This document shows positions 39,774 to 50,239 of a DNA stretch of 64,000 nt, in pieces. The notes under the pieces are model-generated. The model searched no databases, had not been told where the DNA came from, and worked only from the letters and a program-made list of their open reading frames with translations. A program made the translations under genes and the position numbers. The stretch is from positions 3,475 through 67,474 of the forward strand of contig JAOZGX010000047.1 of NCBI GenBank assembly GCA_026015185.1, given 5' to 3'. Source of the stretch: Candidatus Bathyarchaeota archaeon. GTDB taxonomy: Archaea; Thermoproteota; Bathyarchaeia; 40CM-2-53-6; RBG-13-38-9. Each line of letters opens with the position of its first letter. Within the stretch, counting starts at the first letter, position 1.

Positions 39774-41954
39774 ATGTCTCGTTTGCTGACGATTTCAAAT
39801 AGATTACCATTCAATATTGTAAGAAAAAAAGATACAATAAGATTTCAAAAAAGCATAGGTGGATTAGCAACTGGCTTAGGTTCATTTTATAAATCAAATC
39901 AGAGCTTCTGGATAGGATGGCCAGGAATAGCATTAGAAGAGATAAATCAGAAAGAACTTGAAAAGATTAAGAAAGGGTTGGCCTCTAAGAATTGTTATCC
40001 TGTTTTCCTATCTCGAAATGATATTTCGAATTATTATCAAGGCTTTTGTAACAAGACCATATGGCCTTTGTTTTCATATTTTCCTCAATATACAATTTAT
40101 GAAGAAAAATTTTGGAAATCTTACAAGGATGTAAATGAAGCTTTTTGTGATGCGGTAATTCAAGTTCTAAAAAAGGACGATATAATCTGGGTCCATGATT
40201 ATCAATTGATGTTACTGCCAAGATTGTTGAGAGAGAAGCTTCCCGATGCTACAATTGGATTTTTTCTTCACATTCCCTTTCCATCATCTGAATTATTCCG
40301 TCTACTGCCATGGCGCGAGGAAATAATTGAAGGTCTTTTAGGAGCAGATCTTATTGGATTTCATACCTACGATTATGTAAGACATTTTCTGAATAGTCTA
40401 CGTTTTATTTCGGGTTATGATTCAACTTTTGGTCAGATAAACATTGGAAATAGAATAATAAAAGCAGATATCTTTCCAATGGGGATAGAATACAACCGAT
40501 TTGCGAGTGCTACTAAGAATCCCAAAGTGCAAAAGGAGATTAGAAAATTCAAAAGAAAACTTGGTGATCGTAAAATAATTCTTTCGATGGATAGGTTAGA
40601 TTATACAAAAGGCCTATCACAAAGATTAAAATCATTTGATTATTTCTTAGCAGAGAATCCTGAGTTTATAGAGAAGGCAACTCTAATTCTTGTTGCTTCT
40701 CCTTCAAGAATGGATGTAGATCAATATAAGCTGATGAAAAAAGAGATAGACGAGATCGTTGGAAGAATTAATGGAAAATACGGCACTATGGGATGGGTGC
40801 CAATTTGGTATATTAATCGATATTTAGATGGTGATTCTGTCTCTGCTCTGTATAGTATTGCAGATGTCGCTCTTGTAACTCCACTAAGAGATGGAATGAA
40901 CCTAATATCGAAGGAATTCATAGCCACAAAAACAAATGGTCTAGGAGTTTTAATATTAAGTGGAATGGCAGGAGCTGCAAAAGAACTAGGAGAAGCAATT
41001 ATAGTAAATCCAAACAATATTGAATCTATTGCTTCAGCACTTGTAGACGCGTTAAAGATGTCAAAAAGCGAGCAAATTGCACGAAATAGAACGATGCAAA
41101 AAAGACTTCGACGTTATAATATTGAACGATGGGCAAAGGATTTCATTGAAGGTCTTAAGTCTATCAAGAAGACTCAAAGAGAATTAACCTCAAAGAGACT
41201 TACTTCCAACAGTATGAAGCAAATAGTAGATGATTATAAAAGAAGCAAAGATAGACTGTTTTTGTTAGATTACGATGGTACCTTAGTCTCGTTTACAAGT
41301 AAACCGACCAAAATTAAACCAGATAGAGAATTATCAGGATTGCTTAAGGGACTCATTAGTGAGTCGAATAATGAAGTCATAATTGTAAGTGGACGAGATA
41401 AAAATTCTCTAGGAAAAGGGTTCAAGAAATTAGATGTAAATCTAATAGCGGAACATGGTGTCTGGATCAAGTGTAAAAAAAGCTCGTGGGAAATAATTGA
41501 ACCTTTGAGAGATGATTGGAAAGAAGAAATACATCCATTACTGGAATTATATGTTGACAGAACGCCTGGCTCTCTTATTGAAGAGAAAGATTATTCTCTT
41601 GTTTGGCATTATCGAAAAGCAGATCCTGAACTAGCATCAGTTAGAGCAAGAGAGCTTAGAGATGATTTATTACATTTAACTTCAAATCTTGATGTTGGAG
41701 TATTAGAAGGAAGTAAGGTTATAGAAGTCAAGAATTTAAATGCAAACAAAGGACAGGCCGCAGCTCGTTTTATTTCAAAAAAGAAATGGGATTTTATATT
41801 AGCTATTGGTGATGATCAAACGGACGAAGATGTATTCGCTGCTCTTCCAGACACAGCTTATTCCATTAAGGTAAGATTAGGTCCTTCGCAAGCCAAATAC
41901 ACAATTGAGTCTCCTGAAGATGTGAGGCATTTATTAAAGGAATTAATATCCTAA
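39774..41954 (+). CDS. Bifunctional trehalose-6-phosphate synthase/phosphatase (OtsA-OtsB fusion)
   Basis: 'SNRLP', 'WVHDYQL', 'FFLHIPFP', 'DRLDYTKG', 'RDGMNL'; HAD motifs 'LDYDGTL' and 'GDDQTDED'. Confidence 0.95.
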   Translation: MSRLLTISNRLPFNIVRKKDTIRFQKSIGGLATGLGSFYKSNQSFWIGWPGIALEEINQKELEKIKKGLASKNCYPVFLSRNDISNYYQGFCNKTIWPLFSYFPQYTIYEEKFWKSYKDVNEAFCDAVIQVLKKDDIIWVHDYQLMLLPRLLREKLPDATIGFFLHIPFPSSELFRLLPWREEIIEGLLGADLIGFHTYDYVRHFLNSLRFISGYDSTFGQINIGNRIIKADIFPMGIEYNRFASATKNPKVQKEIRKFKRKLGDRKIILSMDRLDYTKGLSQRLKSFDYFLAENPEFIEKATLILVASPSRMDVDQYKLMKKEIDEIVGRINGKYGTMGWVPIWYINRYLDGDSVSALYSIADVALVTPLRDGMNLISKEFIATKTNGLGVLILSGMAGAAKELGEAIIVNPNNIESIASALVDALKMSKSEQIARNRTMQKRLRRYNIERWAKDFIEGLKSIKKTQRELTSKRLTSNSMKQIVDDYKRSKDRLFLLDYDGTLVSFTSKPTKIKPDRELSGLLKGLISESNNEVIIVSGRDKNSLGKGFKKLDVNLIAEHGVWIKCKKSSWEIIEPLRDDWKEEIHPLLELYVDRTPGSLIEEKDYSLVWHYRKADPELASVRARELRDDLLHLTSNLDVGVLEGSKVIEVKNLNANKGQAAARFISKKKWDFILAIGDDQTDEDVFAALPDTAYSIKVRLGPSQAKYTIESPEDVRHLLKELIS

Positions 41955-41966
41955 GAATGGCACCCA

Positions 41967-42596
41967 CTATTTTGATTTCTTCTGGCTAACCAATTTATCC
42001 AAATAATCATGGAAGAAGAACCAAATAGCAAATACTCCTATAGTTATCCCCAACCCTAATGATAATCCTTTTTGAAGTTCCTGTTGTGTCAAGGGACTGA
42101 GACTAGCCAAATCAAATATCATCATTGTTATCAGAATGAGGAGAATAAACATAATATAACCTCTCATTCTGGTTTGAACAGTCACTTTTCCAATAAGTAT
42201 GTTAAACAAGAAGAAAATTATGAGTATAATAAATAAATCACTAAGGATACGACTGGAATATTGAAAAGCTTCTTTGACTATTGACAATTGTTGAAGTTCT
42301 AAGAAGTAGTTAGCTAATCCGAAAAGAGCAATAAGCACAATACCTACATCGATAAGTAGAATTATTAAATTATTTAGAGAGAATGGAAGTTCAATCTTCC
42401 CTATTTTCTTTAACATGCCATCTAGATCTACTAGCTTCAGAATTCTACTGAATAGACTATTTACAAGTCTGATTATAAGGAATGTAATGATAAGAACGAT
42501 TAATACCAAAATTATCTTTGGCAAAAAAGCTATGATATCATATGCTATTTCCTGCAATGCTTCTTTAAGAAAGTCAAATGGGGTTTCTTGACTCAT
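41967..42596 (-). CDS. Membrane protein resembling the TM segment of mechanosensitive-channel-associated proteins
   Basis: About 5 hydrophobic helices; 'FLPKII..LI' start resembles the conserved TM-helix repeat. Confidence 0.5.
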   Translation of the reverse strand: MSQETPFDFLKEALQEIAYDIIAFLPKIILVLIVLIITFLIIRLVNSLFSRILKLVDLDGMLKKIGKIELPFSLNNLIILLIDVGIVLIALFGLANYFLELQQLSIVKEAFQYSSRILSDLFIILIIFFLFNILIGKVTVQTRMRGYIMFILLILITMMIFDLASLSPLTQQELQKGLSLGLGITIGVFAIWFFFHDYLDKLVSQKKSK

Positions 42597-42635
42597 ATAA
42601 AGAAAGAATGGTAACTTGTGTATAAAATGATTTTG

Positions 42636-43964
42636 CTAGAAGACCATAAGGAATAAGATTCTGTAAATGACATAAAGGAATAACAAGACTAGAGAAAAGC
42701 CAACTAATCTCAAAGTCAACATAATAGTATCTTTTGATAGCTCAACTGAGATATTGTATCCCATGATACTTTTATCATAAAGAGTGAATGAATAGGTTCT
42801 TGCAACTTGTTCAGGTAAAATCGCTACCTCAGGTATGGTCGTTGAAGCGAGTATGAATGCAATCAATTTTATTCCAAAAACGAACAGGAATAAAAGGAAA
42901 TATTCCTCTTTTATGAAGATGCCTATCGGTGCTACCAATATATTCGCAATACACAAGATAACCGCCATTAAAATGCTCGGTTTGATTGCACCAAGCCATT
43001 TCTTGTAACCTGCAAATAAGAAACTTGCTATGAAGTTCGAACCAGTGAAAGTAAATGATGAAATTGCAGAAAGCATTGGATGGATTAATGCGATAGGAGT
43101 GGCCAAAGCCAATATCGGCGTCACAGAGTCCAAACCTACATTGTATCTTAAAGCCTTGAAGGACCATCCCTTACATAAAAGGGATGCCAAGATGCTTGTT
43201 AGAGTAATAACAAGGTTCATTGCCACAGCCAAATAATCTGGACCTTTCAAATGATCCATAACATAAGGAATCCAAACCATATATAGCAGGTTTCCACCCG
43301 CTAGCATGGCAACCATATAAGCAGAAGTAGAAAATAATTTCTCAGGATGTTCAATACTCTTAGGAATCTCTATACTCTCAAGATGCGATAAGTTCATCAA
43401 TGAAATTGTTGAAGTAGCCATTAAACCAATCGCCACGCCCAGCAGATATATATAGAAAAATTTTGTCTCAGGAGGCAGAAATGCTAAAAGAATAATAGCA
43501 ATAACGTAACCTAAAATACTTGATACGCCAAGAGTTGCTGTTCGTTTAGCTGTAACGTCTTTTATTTCTTTCTCTGAAAATGATCCAAAAATTGCAAGGT
43601 TCATAAAAGCTGTTGTCGGTGTAGCAGCGGCCACAGAGTAGATTAATGCAATCACGAAATAATTTTGGGTGAGTGGAATGAAAATAAAGAAAATCCGATC
43701 CAATCCATGATTAAGGATAAAGTTGGCTCTGATCTTTGTAATAAGAAATTGGGGATACTTGTAAAATAGAATGTGAGTAATCAGCTTGATTATTGCTGAA
43801 ACTCCAACAACAACTGATATGCCTTCAACGCCTGCTCCTATAGAAACGATATAAACAAAGAGTAAACCTGTTGTTAAAGCTGAAGATACGCCATAAAATA
43901 ATGCTTCTATCACTAGTAAGAATTTCAACCTAGTATTATGCACTATCGCCTTTGTACTATTCAT
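42636..43964 (-). CDS. Multi-pass membrane protein, MFS-like transporter
   Basis: About 12-13 hydrophobic helices arranged in two halves. Confidence 0.6.
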   Translation of the reverse strand: MNSTKAIVHNTRLKFLLVIEALFYGVSSALTTGLLFVYIVSIGAGVEGISVVVGVSAIIKLITHILFYKYPQFLITKIRANFILNHGLDRIFFIFIPLTQNYFVIALIYSVAAATPTTAFMNLAIFGSFSEKEIKDVTAKRTATLGVSSILGYVIAIILLAFLPPETKFFYIYLLGVAIGLMATSTISLMNLSHLESIEIPKSIEHPEKLFSTSAYMVAMLAGGNLLYMVWIPYVMDHLKGPDYLAVAMNLVITLTSILASLLCKGWSFKALRYNVGLDSVTPILALATPIALIHPMLSAISSFTFTGSNFIASFLFAGYKKWLGAIKPSILMAVILCIANILVAPIGIFIKEEYFLLFLFVFGIKLIAFILASTTIPEVAILPEQVARTYSFTLYDKSIMGYNISVELSKDTIMLTLRLVGFSLVLLFLYVIYRILFLMVF

Positions 43965-43985
43965 CTTAAACGCAAGCTTTGGCTT

Positions 43986-44696
43986 CTAATCAACTAGTTT
44001 AAAATAAATTCTGCGATTATTCTTGCCTTTATTCTCTGCCTTTATCATCTCTATAACGCCTATTTCCTTTAAATTCTTGACATGAGTGCCTGCATCAGCT
44101 TGCTTATCAAATCCTTCGATCTCCACTATCCTTAAAGAGGAAACATTAGGTGGCAAAGCCTTTGCTAGTTTAACAACTCCGGGTATTTTCATTGCCTCTT
44201 CTCTAGGCAATTCATACCAGCTAACTGGGATATCCTGTTTAAAGAGTTCATTGGCTTTATGAATATAATTTCCTAAAGCTTCACGATCGAATTTTTCAAT
44301 GCTAAAATCAAACCTGATTTTATCAACTTCCAACTGGTTGCCAGTTATCAATGCTCCTGTTTCATTCATTAATATGGTTGCTAAAGTATGAGCAGCCGTA
44401 TGACTACGCATTAGCTTATATCTGCGCTCCCAATCTAATTCACAATGAACTTTATCTCCTGCTTTTAATCCAGGTCGATCTACTTCATGTGAAATATCCC
44501 CACTGAATTTCCCAACATAAACTACGTTATAGTTTTCGCTTCCACTAATTATCTTGCCAGTATCCCAAGGTTGACCTCCACCTTTTGGATGAAAGATAGT
44601 CTGATCTAATACTACGTATTTATCATCCTTAACAGAAAGAATTGTTGCATCGTATTCTTTGAGGTAACTATCCTGTAAATAAAGTGCTTTAGACAT
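43986..44696 (-). CDS. AlaX (AlaXp-M) trans-editing tRNA deacylase
   Basis: 'LY..DSY', 'T.FHP.GGGQP.D.G', 'MRSHTAAH', 'AD.GTHV', 'KGK.N.R'. Confidence 0.92.
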   Translation of the reverse strand: MSKALYLQDSYLKEYDATILSVKDDKYVVLDQTIFHPKGGGQPWDTGKIISGSENYNVVYVGKFSGDISHEVDRPGLKAGDKVHCELDWERRYKLMRSHTAAHTLATILMNETGALITGNQLEVDKIRFDFSIEKFDREALGNYIHKANELFKQDIPVSWYELPREEAMKIPGVVKLAKALPPNVSSLRIVEIEGFDKQADAGTHVKNLKEIGVIEMIKAENKGKNNRRIYFKLVD

Positions 44697-44813
44697 AACT
44701 CAATATAATTACACAAAAAGCAATAAGAATTTAATGTGTGGTAGAATCTGAATTAAATTTAATATATAACAAAGTTATGATCTGTAGCATACAAAAAATT
44801 TGGTGATTTAATT

Positions 44814-45308
44814 ATGAAAACAGATGATAATCTTAAAGCTGCTTTTGCAGGAGAGTCGCAAGCTAATAGAAAGTATACAGCTTTTGCCATAAAGGCAGAG
44901 CAAGAAGGATTTTCTCAGGTTGCAAAGCTGTTCAAAGCTGCAGCTGATGCAGAGACTGTGCACGCACTTAATCATTTAAGGACCTTAAAGGAAGTCGGAT
45001 CTACTATTGAAAATCTTAAAGTGGCTAAAGAGGGGGAAACGCATGAGTTCAAGGAAATGTATCCAGATTTTATTAAAAATGCGGAAGAAGAGAATCGTGC
45101 TGATGCTAAATTAACATTTAGTTATGCGAACAAAGTTGAAGAAGTGCATGCACAATTATATCAAGAAGCTACAGAAGCTGTTGAGTCGGGTAAAGATTTG
45201 CCTGATTCTGATTTATTCGTATGTCAGACTTGTGGTTACACGGCAAAAGAAGCCCCAGACGTATGCCCAGTATGCAGCTCACCTAAAGAACGGTTCAAGA
45301 AAATCTAA
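44814..45308 (+). CDS. Rubrerythrin
   Basis: 'AFAGESQA..KY', 'AETVHA..H', 'GET.E...MY', 'VEEVH', rubredoxin-like 'CQTCG...CPVC'. Confidence 0.94.
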   Translation: MKTDDNLKAAFAGESQANRKYTAFAIKAEQEGFSQVAKLFKAAADAETVHALNHLRTLKEVGSTIENLKVAKEGETHEFKEMYPDFIKNAEEENRADAKLTFSYANKVEEVHAQLYQEATEAVESGKDLPDSDLFVCQTCGYTAKEAPDVCPVCSSPKERFKKI

Positions 45309-45358
45309 AATTAACCCTCCCTTTTTATTGTGAAAATTCAAAAGTATGGTGTGAATTT

Positions 45359-46060
45359 ATGCCGGTTTTTGAAGCAGAATTATTGGAAACCATTCCTAGA
45401 ACAGATAACATCTCAAGTTTCAGATTTAGCAACCCAGTAAATCTTCAATTTGAAGCAGGTCAATATTTTATAATTACAATTAAAGAAGGAGATAATACGC
45501 TAGTTCATCATTTCTCATTTTCCAACAGCCCAACTGAGGTGGGCTATCTGGAATTCACAACTAGATTAAGGGATTCTGAATTCAAAAATGCATTAAAAAG
45601 ATTGAAAAAAGGCGATACTGTTAAATTGAATGGTCCATTTGGTGAATTTTTACTTAAGGCTGATGCGGAAAAGATCAGTATGGTTTCTGGAGGCATTGGG
45701 ATAACCCCCTTTAGAAGCATGATCAAATATTGCACAGATAATCATCTTAAAACAAAAATCACACTCCTGTATGGCAATCGTTCAGAGGCAGATATCGCAT
45801 TCAAAGACGAACTTGATATTATGCAGAAAGACAATTCAAATTTAAAGGTAGTTCATACTCTATCAGAAGCTGATGAAGGTTGGAGTGGGTATAAAGGTCA
45901 TATTGATGAATCAATGATAAAAAAAGAGATTCCAGATTATGCTGACAATATTTTTTATTGTAGTGGACCTCCAGGTATGGTCAAAGCTATGGGAGATCTT
46001 ATCCTCAACGTAGGTGTCAACAAAGATAATATAATAAAAGAAAATTTCTCTGGTTATTAA
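45359..46060 (+). CDS. FAD/NAD(P)-binding ferredoxin-NADP reductase-like oxidoreductase
   Basis: 'F.AGQY', 'GP.G.F', 'SGGIGITPF.SM', 'LLYGNR', 'Y.SGPP.MV', 'E.F.GY'. Confidence 0.9.
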   Translation: MPVFEAELLETIPRTDNISSFRFSNPVNLQFEAGQYFIITIKEGDNTLVHHFSFSNSPTEVGYLEFTTRLRDSEFKNALKRLKKGDTVKLNGPFGEFLLKADAEKISMVSGGIGITPFRSMIKYCTDNHLKTKITLLYGNRSEADIAFKDELDIMQKDNSNLKVVHTLSEADEGWSGYKGHIDESMIKKEIPDYADNIFYCSGPPGMVKAMGDLILNVGVNKDNIIKENFSGY

Positions 46061-46097
46061 CACAATCTTGTTTCATATTAATAGAGTGCTATAAGAA

Positions 46098-47153
46098 TTG
46101 AATGAAGATACTGTTTTTACCTTCGGTGGTTTCCATCCCGATTTCGCTGAGGAGATAGAGTATTTTAGGAAATGTAAAGTCTATAGTCTGCAAATTGAGG
46201 CAAATCTTGCTTGTCCTCAAGGTTGTCTCTACTGTTATGCTTCATCCACTGATAAGCCCATGAAAGAATTACCAGCGGAGGATATCATCAAGGTCATTGA
46301 TTCCGCTGCAAAGATGGATATCCGGATGATCGACTGGTTGGGTGGTGATCCACTTCTTAGAAGTGATTGGTATGAGCTAATGAGTTACGCAAAGAGCAAG
46401 AATTTAAAGAACACCGTCTGGACAAGCGGCATACCTTTAGAGAATATAGAGGTGGCTAAGAAGGCGGTAGAAGTGACGGAGGGCGGTTTCATCTCTGTTC
46501 ATCTTGATAGCTTAGATGAGGGGATCTATAGAAAACTACATACTGGAGATCCTAAAAGAAAGATAGCGTCTATCTTGAAAGGGGTGGATAATGTACAATC
46601 TCTCGGAAAAAATCCAGACCAAATGATCAATTGCATTACCTTTACAAAATTAGTATCAGAAGATGTTGATAGAACGATAAAGTATTTTTATGATAAAAAG
46701 GGAATGCGAACCTGCTTAACGCAAATGTGTATGGAAGGCCTGGCTGAAGAACACTCTGATTGGGAACCTACTATTAATGACGTTAAAATGGCTTGCAAGG
46801 CTAGAGATAATATAAACTACCCTGACTCAAAACTGTCGATGGGCAGTATGGATACAAACAAATTCTATTGTGGAGGCATGATCTGCGTAACTGTCGATGG
46901 AGAAGTTACTCCTTGCTCTGTCATTAGAAAAGGTTTTGGAAATATCAAGACAACTCCACTAGAATATATAGTGGAAAAACACAAGAACGAATTGCTTTTC
47001 GCCCATTTGAGAGATACAAAGAACTTGCCAGGGAATTGTAGTAGTTGCGAGCATAATTCAGTTTGTTGGGGTTGTAGAGCAACAGCGTATATTGAGACAG
47101 GAGATCTCTTCGCAGAAGATCCCAAATGCTATATAAATCCCAAAAATAAATAA
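46098..47153 (+). CDS. Radical SAM/SPASM domain protein
   Basis: 'CPQGCLYC', 'GGDPL', SPASM 'C......V..DG.V.PC...CSSC....CWGCRA...DP.C'. Confidence 0.9.
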   Translation: MNEDTVFTFGGFHPDFAEEIEYFRKCKVYSLQIEANLACPQGCLYCYASSTDKPMKELPAEDIIKVIDSAAKMDIRMIDWLGGDPLLRSDWYELMSYAKSKNLKNTVWTSGIPLENIEVAKKAVEVTEGGFISVHLDSLDEGIYRKLHTGDPKRKIASILKGVDNVQSLGKNPDQMINCITFTKLVSEDVDRTIKYFYDKKGMRTCLTQMCMEGLAEEHSDWEPTINDVKMACKARDNINYPDSKLSMGSMDTNKFYCGGMICVTVDGEVTPCSVIRKGFGNIKTTPLEYIVEKHKNELLFAHLRDTKNLPGNCSSCEHNSVCWGCRATAYIETGDLFAEDPKCYINPKNK

Positions 47154-47177
47154 CATAAGTTTAGGGCGAACTTTTTA

Positions 47178-47984
47178 TTGAATATTGAAAAGGGTAAAAA
47201 ACTTGATTTTACAATCTCTGATGTTAACGAGGTCTATGACGGTCCTGTTGGAATTCTTTGGGAAATGTTGATGGGAGAACAGATCCATGTAGGTGGAGAG
47301 AAAGAAACCGATATTCTTGCTGAAAAGGCACAAATAACTAAAGAAAAGACTGTTTTAGATGTCTGTAGTGCTTTAGGAGGTCCAGCTAGACATTTAACAA
47401 AAAAATACGGCTGTAAAATCACAGGATTAGATGCAACAACAACTATGACAAATGAAGCTATTAAAAGAACAGAAAAGGCGGGTTTAGCTGATCTTATTAA
47501 TTATAAGTTAGGTAATGCCTTGGATATGCCATTTAAGGCAAACTCGTTTGATATAGTCTGGGGTCAAGATGCTTGGTGCTACATAACCGATAAGGACAGA
47601 CTGATAAGCGAAGCCCATAGAGTTATTAAACCCAATGGAATCATCGCCTTCACAGACTGGCTCCAAGTAGGTAACATGACGGATAAAGAATGGGATGATC
47701 TTAATAGTTTCATGGCATTCCCATACATGGAAACCTTAGATGGATATGAACAAATATTGAAGAAAACCGGATTTGAAGTCATTGAGAAAGAGGACTTGAG
47801 TGAAGATTTCGCCAAACATTGCCACATTTACCAAGATATGCTTAGAACCGAATTAAAAGATGGGATATTACAAAAATATGGGGAAGATATGTTCAAGATT
47901 GCTGATGGTGGATTAAATCTTTGGGTAAAAGCAGCTGACGAGGGAAAAGTTGGACGTGGAAGGTTAATAGGCAAAAAATTATAA
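47178..47984 (+). CDS. Class I SAM-dependent methyltransferase (sarcosine/dimethylglycine- or sterol-MT-like)
   Basis: 'IHVGG', 'VLDVCSALGGPAR', 'MPF..NSFD.VWGQDAW'. Confidence 0.88.
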   Translation: MNIEKGKKLDFTISDVNEVYDGPVGILWEMLMGEQIHVGGEKETDILAEKAQITKEKTVLDVCSALGGPARHLTKKYGCKITGLDATTTMTNEAIKRTEKAGLADLINYKLGNALDMPFKANSFDIVWGQDAWCYITDKDRLISEAHRVIKPNGIIAFTDWLQVGNMTDKEWDDLNSFMAFPYMETLDGYEQILKKTGFEVIEKEDLSEDFAKHCHIYQDMLRTELKDGILQKYGEDMFKIADGGLNLWVKAADEGKVGRGRLIGKKL

Positions 47985-48017
47985 AATACTATTCACAAAA
48001 GCATAAGTTGATCGTTA

Positions 48018-48668
48018 ATGAAGTGGGAAAGATTAACAAATGTTGGTTCAGGAATTCTACTAATAGGAATCGTATGGCTAATATTCTGGTTGACCGTTGC
48101 ATTTCAATTATTTGAAAATGATCCACGCTGGGGGCATAACTTTGCTATTCCCTTAATCTTCATAACAATTGGATTAGCTTATCATTTCAACAAAATATCT
48201 TGTCAATTGGTTTCTGTGTTTTCTTCCTTCCTAACAGTACCAATATTTCTAGCTTTCATTGCGTGGGATACAGGGACCATTATAGCAGTTGTGTTATTAT
48301 TATTGACAATAATTCTATATCTGATAGAGGGGAAGAGAAAAGTGCAAATCATAAATCCAAAACCGATGCTAAGGATTTGGCTAAAAATACACCCATTGAA
48401 TTTTGCTTATTTTGGTCTTTTACACATGCCTTTGTTATTTTTCCTTGTAAGATGGTTCAACCCTGATCCTTTCCTCATATATTTGCCTGTAGAGCATGAA
48501 CCTTCAACAAGCATCTTTAATTTTATGTTGTTGATACTAACGCCATTAGCCATAATGGAGCGATATGTCAACAAAATAGGGAGATTTGAGGTTTCGAAAA
48601 TTGGTTTCTTTTGGACAATACTAATGATAATTTTGCCACTGATCTCAATAGGTATTCTAGGGCATTGA
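48018..48668 (+). CDS. Uncharacterised polytopic membrane protein; paralog of the membrane domain of 50845-52044
   Basis: About 7 TM; shared motifs 'DPRW.HNFA.P', 'WLKIH', 'LLHMP', 'FN....P....ER'. Confidence 0.75.
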   Translation: MKWERLTNVGSGILLIGIVWLIFWLTVAFQLFENDPRWGHNFAIPLIFITIGLAYHFNKISCQLVSVFSSFLTVPIFLAFIAWDTGTIIAVVLLLLTIILYLIEGKRKVQIINPKPMLRIWLKIHPLNFAYFGLLHMPLLFFLVRWFNPDPFLIYLPVEHEPSTSIFNFMLLILTPLAIMERYVNKIGRFEVSKIGFFWTILMIILPLISIGILGH

Positions 48669-48741
48669 TATCTTGATAGTTCTAGAATCTTTTAATTACC
48701 AGAATAAATCAAAAAAGATAGAATGTGCATAGTAATTTATT

Positions 48742-50154
48742 ATGAATCTCAAACTAAGACCTTCCAAATCTATTTCCAAGATAACAATGCTACAAAAACA
48801 TAAATCCAAATTATTTCTTTTCTTTTTATCAGGTTTTTTTCAACTTCTTATCTACTATAATTTATTTACAATAGGAAATCTCGGCGAAAACATCACGTTA
48901 TTTCTTAGAAACTATATCTTATTGTTTGTAATCTATTTTTTGACTCTATTTTCTTGTATGAAGAATGGATTAGCAAAGAGTTACTTCTCAAGATACTTGG
49001 CTTTGATGTTCTTATTTTCTATTTTATTTAGAAGCCTTATGGTGATCTCTGATGTGTCACTCAGCACAGACATTTTAAGATACCTATGGGATGGAATGCT
49101 TCTAAACAATGGAATAGATCCGTATGAATATATTCCACTATCATCAGAACTTGATAGGTTTAAGGATGTTGAATTCTATCAAGCTTACGACCATAAAGGC
49201 GAATTTACTCCTTACCCTCCATTCTCTCAACTATTCTTCACAATAAGCTACTTGATATTCAATGCAAGTATTACAGGAATGAAGTCCTTACTATCCGTCT
49301 TCGATTTTCTTAACGGCATTTTAATAATACTACTTATTTTGAAAATTAGAGGCGATACTCTTCAAGCTTTTCAAGGTGCTTTAATTTATTTATGGAATCC
49401 TCTTGTAATAATAGAATTTTCACATAGTGGGCATATAGATGCGTTAGCGATATTTCTGACTCTTCTCAGCCTTTACTTTCTTTCTAATTTATCTGTTATC
49501 AACTCATCAGTTCTGATCTTGCTAAGTACCTTAACTAAATGGTTCTCTTTACTTTTCACTCCACTCTATCTCAAATACTTTTTCAAAAATAGCATAAGAT
49601 CCTCTATTTTGACTATTGCATCAATATCTTTTACTTTTTCAATGTTAGTAATACCATTCTATCTTAATTCTAGATTCAATTTTGTAATGGGAATGATTTA
49701 TTTCATAAAGAACTGGAGGTTTGAGTCTTTTCTATCAAGACTCATAACAATTTTTCTTCAGCTAGATACCCCAGAAGAGACATACATAGCGAAATTAACT
49801 TCCTATCTTATTTTCTTAACATCTTATTTTTTCATTCTCTATAAATCAAAATTATATCAAGTATCGAATGTGATAGAATATTCAATTTTAACCCTACTAA
49901 CATTCTACTTTATAACTCCATCCATATTTCCTTGGTACATGCCTTGGATATTGGCTTTGTTTTCAATTTTGAAGGTCGATAGGAGAACTTGGCTTACTAT
50001 TTTTCTATCGGGAATTTCAGTAATAAGCTATATAATGGAGTTTTATCCGCTTTCGGAGTTTGAATTTTGGTTCGCATATATACTATGGTTCATTCCAATA
50101 GTTGGAATCTATTTCCTACATACATCTGAATTGATTAAACAAGGGGATAAATAA
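48742..50154 (+). CDS. GT-C fold membrane glycosyltransferase (GT87/DUF2029-like)
   Basis: 'STDILRYLWDG', 'YPP', 'Y.WNP.VI.E....GHID', 'PWY..W'. Confidence 0.8.
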   Translation: MNLKLRPSKSISKITMLQKHKSKLFLFFLSGFFQLLIYYNLFTIGNLGENITLFLRNYILLFVIYFLTLFSCMKNGLAKSYFSRYLALMFLFSILFRSLMVISDVSLSTDILRYLWDGMLLNNGIDPYEYIPLSSELDRFKDVEFYQAYDHKGEFTPYPPFSQLFFTISYLIFNASITGMKSLLSVFDFLNGILIILLILKIRGDTLQAFQGALIYLWNPLVIIEFSHSGHIDALAIFLTLLSLYFLSNLSVINSSVLILLSTLTKWFSLLFTPLYLKYFFKNSIRSSILTIASISFTFSMLVIPFYLNSRFNFVMGMIYFIKNWRFESFLSRLITIFLQLDTPEETYIAKLTSYLIFLTSYFFILYKSKLYQVSNVIEYSILTLLTFYFITPSIFPWYMPWILALFSILKVDRRTWLTIFLSGISVISYIMEFYPLSEFEFWFAYILWFIPIVGIYFLHTSELIKQGDK

Positions 50155-50239
50155 TCATTATATAAAGGCTGATATAACTAGCGAAATTATATTGTCTTTA
50201 TTTCTCATATTTCATTAATAGATCTTTAAGAATCATTGA

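Noticed and set aside
43986-44696. AlaX lacking the Cys of the CxGxH zinc motif (reads DAGTH)
   Set aside because: Asp at this position is, to my knowledge, a common variant in archaeal AlaX-M proteins, so it is not evidence of inactivation
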